Shown: positions 39,012-50,800, counted from the stretch's first letter. The stretch is 64,000 bases of DNA from a virus (IMGVR_UViG_3300029305_004466); one strand, 5' to 3'. Numbers and translations are program-made. The notes: generated by a model from the letters alone, not told the origin.

Positions 39012-40823
39012 CTAGAGTAGATTTCTTTGAGCATAGAAATCACATTTTATTTGTCCATCTATTATTTCATTAGGTAGTTTAGCTTTTTCTATTAAAGGTT
39101 GGAATTTGATATACATTTTATTATCACTTGTAATTCCACTACTTATAATAAATTCATTTGTTATATATGGTAATTTCACTGCATTATTATTATATAATAA
39201 TTCTGCTTGCATTTCTACAGTATTACCATTATAGTTTGTATCCATTAAGGTATAGTCTATTATGGATTCTTGTGGTTCTGGATTTATTTCATCACTAAAA
39301 GTTAATCCTATAAATTTAATATCAAGGAATTTAGAATTCTGTTGAGAGAAACAGCCATATCCATAAGAAGACGGCTGTGTAAATTCATTGGCGTATTGTG
39401 TGCTATTAAGGTCTAATGTTATACATGGAGTTTCACTTATTATGTCTGAATTAGCTGCTGAACGATATATCGTAAACTTTAATCTATCTCGTACAATTTT
39501 AACTCTTACTGTTTGATTAGACCATTCCCCTATTGAGGGAAAACTTGAATCATAAGCCAATTCTTTAGTTACACCAGAACTATAACCGTAACCATACATT
39601 ACGCAAAAATTATGAGGTGTATTAGTATGGCTTGTTAAAGTACCTGTTACGTTTAAAGTTATAGGATATACATTGCCAGTTTCTTCATCAATGTATGTGG
39701 CAAGTACAATACTTATTGTATCATTATCACCATCTGAAGAAGTTAATGTAACTTCATGTGTATACTTATTAAATTTAGATGAACTTAAAAACATTGTATG
39801 ATATGTCGTGTCGTTAATTAAACAAACAACACTACCTACGCTTGCATCATAACTCCATCTACTAGTTTTATCTGTACCAGAAAAATATGTAGTGGTACTT
39901 CCAGCTAAAGCAACAACATCAGAACCATCGTACATAGCTTGCATTGAATCTCCGTTACTAGAAGATACGTCACTTTCTGTATACGTTAAGAAATCTTCTA
40001 TTTTAAAGTATTGAGTAAATGCATGTAATGAATTATTGTTAGCGATATCTTTTATATTGTCAAATAAAGCTTTATCCGGTTTTGGTTTAATTGTTTCTTT
40101 AATAGGTCTTAATTCTATTATCTTATCATCTGTATATTTTTGTAATACTTTTTTTAATTCAGAATCTAAGTGTCTTATATATTTTTTTATATCATCAAAT
40201 TCTATAATCATGTTTCTAATTGTTTTTTCATAGGTATCATAAGTGTTTCTTAATTCCGTTTTTCTGATTGTGAGCAATTGTAATAAAGGTAATATTATAG
40301 ACATTAGCTGTTCAAGTTCTATTAAATCTATTTGGTCTTTTGTACCTGTATAAATTATTTTATCTAATACTTTTAAATTTGTATGTAAGTGTTTTGAATA
40401 ACCTGTCACTTCTTTTTTGAGACTGTCTAAAGTTTCTCGTAACTCATTAACGTTTTTAATTAAATGATTATGTGCTGTTGGTTCTCTTTTATCATTTAAT
40501 CTTGGGTCATTTCCTTCACATATTGTATCTTTTTCAATTCCAAAATCTTTATTAAAAGCAGTCTTTTTATCAAATGCTCTTTCTCCATTAAGACTTCGAA
40601 TATCAATATTTACGATACCCGCTTTATTATTTAAAGCATCCACTCCGCTTCTTTCGTAAAGGATTGTGTTTTTGTATCTAGTAATTGCCTCTGTAATAAT
40701 AGCATTAATAGTTTCTTTATTATTTAGTTCCTCTATATCAAAATATCTTTTGACTATTCTCAAAAGATATCTTTCTACATTATCAAGTTCTTTAACGTAA
40801 TAGTTATTATCTTTTTCAAGCAT
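39012..40823 (-). CDS. Tail fibre-like protein with inserted ConA/TSP-C-like lectin domain
   Basis: CEGNDPRL, HxH motifs, coiled coil; YTHEVTLTSSDGDNDTISIV. Confidence 0.6.
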   Translation of the reverse strand: MLEKDNNYYVKELDNVERYLLRIVKRYFDIEELNNKETINAIITEAITRYKNTILYERSGVDALNNKAGIVNIDIRSLNGERAFDKKTAFNKDFGIEKDTICEGNDPRLNDKREPTAHNHLIKNVNELRETLDSLKKEVTGYSKHLHTNLKVLDKIIYTGTKDQIDLIELEQLMSIILPLLQLLTIRKTELRNTYDTYEKTIRNMIIEFDDIKKYIRHLDSELKKVLQKYTDDKIIELRPIKETIKPKPDKALFDNIKDIANNNSLHAFTQYFKIEDFLTYTESDVSSSNGDSMQAMYDGSDVVALAGSTTTYFSGTDKTSRWSYDASVGSVVCLINDTTYHTMFLSSSKFNKYTHEVTLTSSDGDNDTISIVLATYIDEETGNVYPITLNVTGTLTSHTNTPHNFCVMYGYGYSSGVTKELAYDSSFPSIGEWSNQTVRVKIVRDRLKFTIYRSAANSDIISETPCITLDLNSTQYANEFTQPSSYGYGCFSQQNSKFLDIKFIGLTFSDEINPEPQESIIDYTLMDTNYNGNTVEMQAELLYNNNAVKLPYITNEFIISSGITSDNKMYIKFQPLIEKAKLPNEIIDGQIKCDFYAQRNLL

Positions 40824-41995
40824 TATTGAATCTCCTTAAAACTATTAATTACACTTATTCTTACTTTTATAGAAGCATTTTTAAGGTAATCAGCCCAATT
40901 TGTAATGTTCTCATTTTTTGTACTCATTACGTTAATGGTTCCGAAATAAAATGAAGTCTTTATAGTATAAGATATACTTTCATTTTCTGTTATGATAACA
41001 GGTAAATTAGTAGTAACTTCTTTTTTTAAGTCTGGGTCAGTATATGTAATATAGTAATCTATTTTATACTGAGCATCTGTATATTCTTTTAATTCTTCAT
41101 TAATCTCTTCTGGAAGACTGGAATAAAATTGTCCATTTGCATTTATGAAGTCAGTAATTACACCTTCATATAAAATATGATACTGGGTATTTAATGCCTG
41201 AATTAAATTATTATAGTCATCTTTTGATATTTTCTTTTCTAATTCTTCTTCTACTTCTTCTTTAAATTCTTGTAATTCGGTATCAAAATATTCTTTAACT
41301 TGTGCTTCTAATAAACTATCTTGTTCTCGTGCATATGCTTTTATTTCTTCAGAATTATATTGCTCTAATATTTCTCTTATTTCGGTTATCAAAGCTGGCA
41401 TTTTTTGATTAACATCTGTAATAACTTCTTCAGCGTCTGTTATTTTTTCGTTAATCATGTCTTCTGCTTTTTCTAATAGAATTAAATCTATTACATCTTT
41501 GGTCCCGGAGTAAATAAGTTTATCCAAAACCTTTTTATTGTCGTGAGAGTGGTTCTGGTCATCAAGTGCATTGATTAAATTTCTTAAATTACTGAGCTCG
41601 CCTTCAAGACCATTTATCTCTGAAATTTCATGAGTATGTTCAAGAGGTTGTCTTTTATCATACAATCTAGGGTCATCGCCTTCACAGGCAGTGCCTTCTG
41701 TTGTTCCAAAGTTTACATTAAACGCATTTCTTTTAGGGGAGATTAAAGGCTCTCCCCCAAGTTCTTCAAGAGTTATAGTAACATTACCTGTTTTACCATT
41801 TACGCTTATAACACCTGCATTATCTATGGTGAGTTCTTCACGCATTCGCTCTACGGCTTTTTTAATAATATATTCTTTGGAATCGTTATCTACGTTATTA
41901 GATTCAAAGAAACGCTTTATTATATCTAACAAATAACGTTCTACACTATCTGTGCCTTTTATATAATTACCATTACTTAATTCTTCTATTCTCAT
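40823..41995 (-). CDS. Tail fibre-like protein, paralogue of the downstream gene
   Basis: VISVNGKTGNV, CEGDDPRL, HTHEISEINGL, HSHDN, coiled coil. Confidence 0.65.
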   Translation of the reverse strand: MRIEELSNGNYIKGTDSVERYLLDIIKRFFESNNVDNDSKEYIIKKAVERMREELTIDNAGVISVNGKTGNVTITLEELGGEPLISPKRNAFNVNFGTTEGTACEGDDPRLYDKRQPLEHTHEISEINGLEGELSNLRNLINALDDQNHSHDNKKVLDKLIYSGTKDVIDLILLEKAEDMINEKITDAEEVITDVNQKMPALITEIREILEQYNSEEIKAYAREQDSLLEAQVKEYFDTELQEFKEEVEEELEKKISKDDYNNLIQALNTQYHILYEGVITDFINANGQFYSSLPEEINEELKEYTDAQYKIDYYITYTDPDLKKEVTTNLPVIITENESISYTIKTSFYFGTINVMSTKNENITNWADYLKNASIKVRISVINSFKEIQ

Positions 41996-42354
41996 GATGA
42001 CGCTCCTGAATTATTATTGATTAAAGCCTGCAATTCATTGTTAAGTCTTGTATAGTCTTCATCTATGTCGCCATTGGTACTAGCAGAACGCTGCTCAACA
42101 GTTGTAACAACATTTTCAATCTGATTCTTAGAATTGAGATAATCTTGATACCCCAGTTTAACCAGTTGTGTTAAATTAGAATCTGGGTATACAGTCTTTG
42201 TAAAAGCAAGCCTGTTATCATTTTCTGGATTATAGTATAAGGATACTGTATCAAGAGGTTCTCTAACTTCTACTACTTTATCCTGCTGAGCTCGGTCACG
42301 TACAATTATTGTTATACCGTCACTGTTACTGTCATCGCCAATGGCTGTCTCAGG
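41992..42354 (-). CDS. Start-less 120-codon frame; putative +1 frameshift extension of 42350-43009
   Basis: Open from CCT at the CCC-TGA stop to a TGA overlapping the next ATG; no in-frame ATG. Confidence 0.7.
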   Translation of the reverse strand, partial: PETAIGDDSNSDGITIIVRDRAQQDKVVEVREPLDTVSLYYNPENDNRLAFTKTVYPDSNLTQLVKLGYQDYLNSKNQIENVVTTVEQRSASTNGDIDEDYTRLNNELQALINNNSGASS

Positions 42355-43009
42355 GAAAACGCTGGAGGTCAGGATTTGTTAAACCGTAGTCTTTTTCAAC
42401 CTGTGCATCCCAATATAATATAGCGTAGCCATTTATTATTGGACTTTCTCCTAAGGCGTTCTTTGTTATTTCGGTTACTAACTCAAAACCGTATTTAATA
42501 TTACTTGATAAGTGCAGTGGAGTTTTTAAAGCATTAGGGCTTATCGGGTATCTTTCTCCACTTATAAGTTTTAAATAATATTTAATACCAGCTCCAACTG
42601 GGACGTATTGGTTAGTAATCAAGAAAAAGTCATTTAATTCTATTTCTTCTCCATGAACACTATGTATTTTTGTACTTGTAATAGTACAAGAGGCATTCCT
42701 GCTATCTACATATACGTTTTTTAATTTAGGGTCTAATACATGATTTTCTGAGTCTACTTTGTTTATGTATTGCCCATTTTCATAGACATCTATAAACATG
42801 GCATTTGTATATAAGTTATTCTCGAATATAGTATAGACACGTTCTTGGAATGCTGTATCTTTAAGAAGGTTGGAATCTTCTTGTTGTGTATTTATATTTT
42901 GTTGTATCTGATTAACGTCCTGTGCGTCTATTCTTTCTGTTGAATTGTTTACATGTCTTTTATATTTGGTATACCGTCTTGTAGTATCCACATTATTTAA
43001 AGTTGCCAT
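42350..43009 (-). CDS. Putative virion structural protein ending in TTT-CCC-TGA
   Basis: 219 aa, AAGGAG RBS; shares C-terminal motifs with the structural paralogues. Confidence 0.75.
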   Translation of the reverse strand: MATLNNVDTTRRYTKYKRHVNNSTERIDAQDVNQIQQNINTQQEDSNLLKDTAFQERVYTIFENNLYTNAMFIDVYENGQYINKVDSENHVLDPKLKNVYVDSRNASCTITSTKIHSVHGEEIELNDFFLITNQYVPVGAGIKYYLKLISGERYPISPNALKTPLHLSSNIKYGFELVTEITKNALGESPIINGYAILYWDAQVEKDYGLTNPDLQRFP

Positions 43010-43023
43010 TTATACCATCTCCT

Positions 43024-44175
43024 TTAAGTTTCTACGATTAAAACACAAGGTTCTGAATACTTGCCGTATACATCCTGTATATAGAATGTGTAATTGTAAA
43101 CTGCTCCACCTATAGCATCAAAGTCTACGTTTATTGTTTTCTGTACTGATGATTCATTAAATATAGCTACTTTTTCTTTTTCATCTATATTGTATTTATT
43201 GCAGCCATATTTTCTATGCTGTGCTATATCATAGAATATTCCGTTCTTACGAATAACTGTTAATGCTAATTTATCTGTTTCTGAAATATCTATTGGAGTT
43301 TCTTTATCTGTAACTCTTGTTACATCTTTTTTAAAGATTAACATTCTTTCGTTTGATACTGGTAAAGAACTTTGATAAGTAGGTTCACTGTAATCCCCGT
43401 ACTTGTTATCATATATGTTACGCACCTTAAATGATTTCAATTTTCTGTAATTGTATTCTGCATTTTCCATACGCCATATGTTAGGAATTTTTAAAGCAAT
43501 GTGATTAAATAAATTAGCACATCTGGTGTCTACTTCTATTTCAACATCGCTGAAAATATTAACAGCCTCTACAAATGGGCTTCCGTATCTGTTATAAGTA
43601 ATGGAGTTATCTATATCACCAAAAACTATTTCGGTATTCCAATCTGGGTTTGCAATGTTATACCATGTGTCATTCATTTTACCAGTGTAATTATCACAAG
43701 CAAGAATCTCTCTAGTTCCCTCTTTTTGATAATCAGATAATAGAATCTCTGCCTTTACTTGTGATAAATGAGTAATTAAATTACTGGTTTCATCTACGCC
43801 TATTACAGAATAGTAATACATAATCCCGTTGTATTCGAGTTCTAATGGAACAAGTTTTACAACAAAAGAACTTGTATAATCGTTACGTTTTTTGGTTTCT
43901 AATATTGTTTCATATTCTGTGGCAGGGATAGAAACTGGCTCTGGTCCTATGTAATTTACTCCGGCAATAGTTATACTGGATGAATCATATACTACGTATT
44001 CTCCATTTTCTAATTCTGAATCTGGATACGTTGCTTCGTCAATTATCATTGTCGGTATAATGGTTCTGATTTTTGCAATAGTATTAATGTCATTAGGATT
44101 TTTAGACCGATACACATAAAACTTTAAGTTTTTATTATCGCTTGGTTTTATTTTTAATTTAATACTGTAAGACAT
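43024..44175 (-). CDS. Putative virion structural protein (FN3-like elements)
   Basis: YYYSVIGVD, YNYTFYIQDVYGKYS; ATG 44175 after GGGGTGA. Confidence 0.6.
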   Translation of the reverse strand: MSYSIKLKIKPSDNKNLKFYVYRSKNPNDINTIAKIRTIIPTMIIDEATYPDSELENGEYVVYDSSSITIAGVNYIGPEPVSIPATEYETILETKKRNDYTSSFVVKLVPLELEYNGIMYYYSVIGVDETSNLITHLSQVKAEILLSDYQKEGTREILACDNYTGKMNDTWYNIANPDWNTEIVFGDIDNSITYNRYGSPFVEAVNIFSDVEIEVDTRCANLFNHIALKIPNIWRMENAEYNYRKLKSFKVRNIYDNKYGDYSEPTYQSSLPVSNERMLIFKKDVTRVTDKETPIDISETDKLALTVIRKNGIFYDIAQHRKYGCNKYNIDEKEKVAIFNESSVQKTINVDFDAIGGAVYNYTFYIQDVYGKYSEPCVLIVET

Positions 44176-44193
44176 TTTTTCACCCCTTATCTT

Positions 44194-44222
44194 AAAAAGC
44201 GGGATGCTTTTACACATCCCGC
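44194..44222 (-). terminator. Intrinsic terminator GCGGGATG-N8-CATCCCGC-TTTTT
   Basis: 8-bp stem plus T5 on the minus strand downstream of 44243-47794. Confidence 0.75.
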
Positions 44223-44242
44223 ATCTTAAAGTTATTATAATA

Positions 44243-47200
44243 TCAAACAGATATGCATTCAAGTGTTAATTCTGGCGTTTGGTTAATAACATTAGTGTAG
44301 GAATTTTCTACAATTAAGTTATACTGAGGCATATCGTACTTAGAGTAACTGTCAACATATTCTATGATAGAATATACACCATAGCCTAACCACTTTTTAA
44401 CCTTTTCTTCTATATCTGTTTGGGTAAATCTACCGCCATATTCTTTTAAGATACTGTTATCAAGTCTTACTATGATAACTGCATTCTCTTGATATGGAGT
44501 TCCATCGTAGCAACCAATGTCTAAATAGAAATCAGATTCTGGCTCTAATTGTTTTCTCAGAGAGTCTTTCATCTCTTCAATAACACCACCACCTCTGGTT
44601 CTTGTATCTATTAAAACAGTAGATTGTAATGATGTATTTTGTCTTATATAAACTGAACCGATATAGATATCCCATTCTGATTCAGGTTCATATTTATCTA
44701 TGGTATGATATAAAGTTTCTTCGTTGTATAACAAGATTCTGTCTTTCTCTATATCTATATCAATTAAGTCATCGTTATCAGAATCAACTCTGTATCTGAT
44801 GGATGGTCTTAAATAGAAATACAACGTCTTATTAAATAAGTTCTTTGTCGGTGCTAATTCACTTGGTTCTTTATTCAAATCGCTATAAGTGTGATATTGA
44901 TTAGGGTTAAGGTCTATTCTACAGAAATCAGATGCATTTCTATAAAATCCTCTATACACATAGCACTCTTCTAAATAGGAGTAATCCACTAATATGACAT
45001 CATTTTCTGATATAGCTTCTCTTGTAATAATAATACCTTCAGAGAATGAAACATATTCGATATTGATTGGATATTCATCATCCTCTTTCTTTCTTATCAC
45101 CCTTATAGTGTTTGTATCTTCTATCATCATTAATGGATGATTTCTTACTTTTATCATATGAGGATTGAGAATCTCAGCTTGTTCTTCGACTATATCCACA
45201 TAAGGTTTACCGTATTTGCCCCAGTGCTGGTCGTCATATTCTGGCATAGCATAACATATTTTAGTGTGTGTCCCATACTGGTCCATTACTTGAGAGTAGT
45301 GACCAAATTGAATTAACGGATACCATGACTCTAATAAATGTTCTTCTCGTGGGGATTTAACGGATATGTGTCTTGCATCAAGACATTTAACCATATAACC
45401 TGCATATATCTTACCATTTTCTATGATGTAAGGATTATTGACACTTAGTTTCTTTGTATATAATCCTGTATCTTTATTGTAGAATCCTGTATCAAGAGTA
45501 GTTTCAGCCGTAAGAATCCCAGAACCGTCTGAATTACATTTGATGTTGATAGCACCAACAAAATCAGAGTTCAGTGTATCTATAACTGGTTTACAAGAGA
45601 AAATAAACTCATGGGCATTTTCTGGAGTAACTATAGGAGCATCATTCAAAAGAGCTTGGTCTTTGATGATAATATCATATGGCGACATGTAATATTCGCC
45701 ATCCTTAGGAGAAATTATCATTGCTCTTTCAATAAACTTTTTATGTTCAGATTCTACTGCATACTCTTTATTTAATATTTGTGCTTGGCGTTTATTACTA
45801 ACAAATACTTTTTCGATACCATTTTCTATTTTACTGGCAGTAACTTGATATTCAAATGTAACGTATTTTCTTGTATCTTCTATAATATTAGGGTTATTTA
45901 TTTTTATCTTATTCTTTCTTGTAACTTTATTTACAGATACTATAGAATAATCTTTATTATTAACCATAAACGGATAATTATAAACATCTTCAATCATTCC
46001 ATTATTAGCATCAACATTATCTGAATCTACAAAAGCATTATAAGTTGCTTTATAAGTATCTGTTGTCTTTGATATGAATGAAGTATATACAGACACTCCA
46101 TACTTTTTAACTTTTTCAACTTCTATTGTTTCACCATCAATTATTTCCGTAACAGTGTCGTACTCTGATGGGAATAACTTTAATTGGTATTTACAACTGG
46201 TAGGAATGTCTTTTAAATTATTTGTATAAAGTTTTACTGCGTTTCCTTCGTAGAAGCCGTTATCATCTGGTCCTCTATAATCATAAATGGAATGTTTTAA
46301 ATTATATTTGTAGAAGCACGGAACATTATCTTTAAATACATCTGTAATATAGAATTGCTCAGCTTCTATGGTATATTGTTCATTACCATTAACATCTATT
46401 TTTCTTAAATATCCTTCATCATTTGGATACATAAGAATATCGGATTCAAGTTCTGAATTTACATTGCCTACACCTTCAGATTTTGTAATAGAGCCTCTGT
46501 AATATGCAACGCCATCATAGGTTTTCCATACTTTTCTTGCAATACCTGTATAGTGACAAGTAGCTTCCCAAGAAATAGGATAGGTATTTGTTTTCTGTTC
46601 TTCTCTTATAAGAGTACCAGAATAATTAGCATATACATTCCAGTTATGTTCACCTTCTGTATTTGATGTACGTGTATATATCATTTTATAGCCTGCAATA
46701 ATATACATTTCACGTACCTTTACGTTTTCGCCAGTTTCAGGGTCAATTAATGGATTGCCTTCATCATCGAATGCATCCTCATCTGTATCAATATAAATTG
46801 TGTTGTAACCAGTTTGGTGTATTTCAATAGCTGTTGTTGCTCTATCTTCAGCTGAAGCAGTTTGCCATTGAGTTAATTTTTGCCCCATTGCACTAGTTTT
46901 ACCGTCAATTTCAAATTCACCACTATTCATTGTGTCTATGAAATCTTGTATTTCGGAATCGGTAATAAAACTAAATTTTTCTTCGAAGAAACTTGGTATT
47001 CCATATTCTTCTCTTATTTTCTTGGCATAAAAAGTAATGTATCCACATTCTTCACGATATGACGGTACACCGTCAGTATGATTTTCCAATGGGTCTTTTT
47101 CTATATTAGTTAATACAAGCGGCTCACCTTCTGGGCTGGTATATCCCCATACATTATTACCAACTTTTTTACCTTCGGCATTATATACACCATTTTCTTT

Positions 47201-47794
47201 TACATAAAGATAAGGAGTCCAAGCTGCTTCGGTCATATAATAATCTAAGTATGAACTAGTGACTTCTTTTTTTAATTCATAACCTTCGATATCTATTTTT
47301 AATGTACTGTTTAATACTTCTGTCTTTGTGTCTTTAACTTCGTAATCTACTGTTTCTAAAAACAGTGTGCCATAGTAATTATCATTATCACCATAAGACA
47401 TAGAAGTTGGAACATCACTTTTATTATCAACAATAACAGTTCTTGTCCCTGTAGCACTTTTTTCTAATGTATTTATTTTATCATGCCATCGTACCCATAC
47501 ACGAGGAAGGATACCAACGTATCCCTCCTCGTCACTCCAAGTGATTGCCGATTCAAATAAATCATCATTATTGCTAGGCATGTTAAACAAGTATCTGTAA
47601 CTTTCTTCTACTCTGTGGTCAATAGTATTTCTAGGAGCCTCTGCACATAATACCTTTTCAGCATCGGTTGCTGTTGGGTTAAAATAATAAGCCATGTTAA
47701 CAGCATTTTTTGGAACCTGCTTACCTATTCTTATTGTGGGCTCTTTTGTAAAATTTTTAATGGTTTCGCTATGCGGTTTTGTAGGTAAAAACAT
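44243..47794 (-). CDS. Large virion/baseplate structural protein
   Basis: 1183 aa beta-rich; DTRTRGGG; AGGAGGT RBS. Confidence 0.65.
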   Translation of the reverse strand: MFLPTKPHSETIKNFTKEPTIRIGKQVPKNAVNMAYYFNPTATDAEKVLCAEAPRNTIDHRVEESYRYLFNMPSNNDDLFESAITWSDEEGYVGILPRVWVRWHDKINTLEKSATGTRTVIVDNKSDVPTSMSYGDNDNYYGTLFLETVDYEVKDTKTEVLNSTLKIDIEGYELKKEVTSSYLDYYMTEAAWTPYLYVKENGVYNAEGKKVGNNVWGYTSPEGEPLVLTNIEKDPLENHTDGVPSYREECGYITFYAKKIREEYGIPSFFEEKFSFITDSEIQDFIDTMNSGEFEIDGKTSAMGQKLTQWQTASAEDRATTAIEIHQTGYNTIYIDTDEDAFDDEGNPLIDPETGENVKVREMYIIAGYKMIYTRTSNTEGEHNWNVYANYSGTLIREEQKTNTYPISWEATCHYTGIARKVWKTYDGVAYYRGSITKSEGVGNVNSELESDILMYPNDEGYLRKIDVNGNEQYTIEAEQFYITDVFKDNVPCFYKYNLKHSIYDYRGPDDNGFYEGNAVKLYTNNLKDIPTSCKYQLKLFPSEYDTVTEIIDGETIEVEKVKKYGVSVYTSFISKTTDTYKATYNAFVDSDNVDANNGMIEDVYNYPFMVNNKDYSIVSVNKVTRKNKIKINNPNIIEDTRKYVTFEYQVTASKIENGIEKVFVSNKRQAQILNKEYAVESEHKKFIERAMIISPKDGEYYMSPYDIIIKDQALLNDAPIVTPENAHEFIFSCKPVIDTLNSDFVGAINIKCNSDGSGILTAETTLDTGFYNKDTGLYTKKLSVNNPYIIENGKIYAGYMVKCLDARHISVKSPREEHLLESWYPLIQFGHYSQVMDQYGTHTKICYAMPEYDDQHWGKYGKPYVDIVEEQAEILNPHMIKVRNHPLMMIEDTNTIRVIRKKEDDEYPINIEYVSFSEGIIITREAISENDVILVDYSYLEECYVYRGFYRNASDFCRIDLNPNQYHTYSDLNKEPSELAPTKNLFNKTLYFYLRPSIRYRVDSDNDDLIDIDIEKDRILLYNEETLYHTIDKYEPESEWDIYIGSVYIRQNTSLQSTVLIDTRTRGGGVIEEMKDSLRKQLEPESDFYLDIGCYDGTPYQENAVIIVRLDNSILKEYGGRFTQTDIEEKVKKWLGYGVYSIIEYVDSYSKYDMPQYNLIVENSYTNVINQTPELTLECISV

Positions 47795-47805
47795 TTAATT
47801 ACCTC

Positions 47806-50800
47806 CTAATAACTTATTATTTCAATAGACTTTTCTAAATTTGTCATATCGTCTAATAAAACTTTTGCAGTAATAGTATCAGTTCCTGTTATAGTAGAAG
47901 AAGTATATATACAATGGACAACTCCATTCATATCTGTTTCTTGAGATTCATAAGTGACTGTCCCAATGTTACAATCTATATCAACTTGTTTCCCTATAAT
48001 AGGATTGCCGATAATATCGAGAACCTCTATTTGGATATCTATATTATCTCTACCGCCTGCCTTTACACGTTTCGGATTGCACCAGATGTTTATCTTATAA
48101 GGAGTATTGTGCTCTTCAGTAAGATAAATAAAACCGCTGTAATCTGTTCTGTAAACCGGGTTAAGACTGAGTTTTTTAGCTACTAGTTTATTGTTTTGTT
48201 TATTAGTTTCAAACATTACTTTAAACTTTTTATCTGTATTATCTTCGCCTGTATAAACAGTAATGACAGTTGTATTTAATTTTCTATCTATATTGGCGTA
48301 AAAAGAATTTTTTATCTTATAAGTAACTACTATTTCATCATTTATATTCAAAAAGTTTTTAAACATTAATAAGTGATTAACAATAAAATAATCAGTTATC
48401 TCTTCATCATTTACCCACACTTTAAGTGTTCCTAATTCATAATCATTTCGCTTTAACTCTACATAGTTTTCACGAACTTGCATTGTATGAATTTCAGTTA
48501 ACATCATAGTAGCAGGGTCTACATTGTATATTTGTTTTAAAGGAATTCCATTTTCATCTTCTATTGTTATTGGGCAATATTGTTGTGGGGTTCCTTTAAT
48601 TTTTATTTGGTTATCTGTAGCCTTTATATATGGCAGGTAGCTAATTTTATCCATTGTGGCTTCAGAAGTAGCAGCCTCTACAGAAGATTCTAATAAATCA
48701 ACATAACTGAGTGTATTATCATATAAAAGATAGTTATCAGGATTCATTGATGTAATAGAAATATTCTTTACTTCTTCTACTGAGAAACCTCTGCTTATAA
48801 TTTCTGATGATAAGTAATCCCCTATTCTAGGAATAATTTCATGATACATTCCGTCTTTAGGAATTGTAAATGTTTCTAACTTCATAAAGTTTGCAGTAGT
48901 ATTTACTGGAACATATCTTCCTGTCATACTAATTGATTTAATATATGGAAGTGTTATTTCACTTTCAAGTGTTCTTGTTTTTAATCTTAACCAGTATACT
49001 TTTTCTTTTTCTGGGATAGTAATCTTGAATCTATAATACTTGTATTTTAAATTAAGATTAGTACTAGTATAAGGTTGCCATTTTATATTCTCTAATATCA
49101 AGTCATTGATACTATTAGAATAAGCAACATTTAATACTACGTTTTTATTAGAACTATACATGTCTAACTCTAATCCAGTTTCACATCCATATTGCAGTAT
49201 ATTAGAAATTGCAACACCTTCTCCTTCAGCAAGTCCTGTTGTTATATGGTCTGTAATAGTGACTATATTTTTACTAAGGTTTTCATCTAAGTAATCACAC
49301 CAGTCGAGATAACAACATAAATAATCTTCTGAATCATATACTGTATGTTGTTCTGTTGCTGATATATCGGCTTTAAGTTGATAACCACAGCTTAATGTTG
49401 CAGGTGTAGAATTATTAGTGAAACTAGTCCAGTCTGTCCATTTACCTTCTTCTAAGTTAAAACTTCTGATAAACAAATTAAGTCCAGCACTAGAACCATC
49501 TGTATTCTGGTAAGTAAGTTTTAACGGTCCAGCTTGCGTTAAAGCGTTATCGAATAATAACACTGGAGAATACCAAGTCTGTGTTTCGTAATGCTTATAT
49601 TTCAAACCAGAAATTACAGGTTTTAATGTAAGTCCTTGTCCTGCTATCCATTCAAAATGTTTTTCATCTTGAAGGAGTTCAGCCATTGTATCTTTTGTAA
49701 TGGAATAATTCTCAACAGGTCCAGCTGCTTTTTCAAGACTAACATTGAAATTAACAAATACCGTAGTGTTCTGGTATTGTGTTTCAACTGTCTTTTCAAA
49801 ATCAGCTTCTACATCAAAATCAGAATATAAGTATTTCTCATGCTGGTTGATGTAATAATAACCATTATGAATTCTAGGGCTCCATTTGGAGGTCGCATTT
49901 ATAACACCTCTATATGTCACAGGTAACATATAAGTATCTGAATCACCGAAATCTATTCTTGACGGATAACGTGTTGCTAATACATCGCCATTGTCAGTGG
50001 TTACTTCGATAAAATAGTTGTCATATATATCACCTTCCGGCTTTGTGATTGTTTGTATTTTTTCATAAGGCTCTTGGTTAAAAAGTTCTATCTCTTCTGT
50101 TTCCAAAGTGGCTAACGTCTTTGTATATTTGATGTCTTTATAAGTAAGACTTTCAGAACTGAATGTAACATAATCTCCATTTACTTGAGTATAACCAGAG
50201 CCCGGTGCTGTTTCATGGTCCCATTTATATGACACGAGAGCATCTTCTGGATACTTATCTGTAATCTTGATATAGATTTTTATAGTATCTGCATGATTTG
50301 CAAGTACTGTTGTTGGGATATTAAATTCTGGTGTATCAACAAATAAATCTTGTTTACCAGATAAATTATCGCTTCTATATCTGCCGTTTACTAATCCGTA
50401 CATAGAGTCCATATTTTCATTAGGATATTCATCGTAATAATCCTGAGTCTTTGTCATCTTACGAGCATAGAAATGCACATATTGTGTAATCCAGTGCCCA
50501 TCATTTTCATAGATGCCTTTACTTGAATTCCAGTTAGCATTTAAACCATATTCAAATACTAAAGGAGATTTCACAGGATTCTCACAATCAAATAAACTAT
50601 AGTAATTATCATTTATTCCATCGCTGTTTATTTCTACGTTATTTGCATAATAAACAGTGAGTCTTATTAAATGTTTATCTGAAGAATCTTTAAATGCATC
50701 TGGAAGTATTTCATGATATGGAGTATAAGCCTCAGGGTCAACTAAGTTAAATCTGTAATTTAAGACAGGAGAGCTATACGCCTTATCTATTTTTACAATC

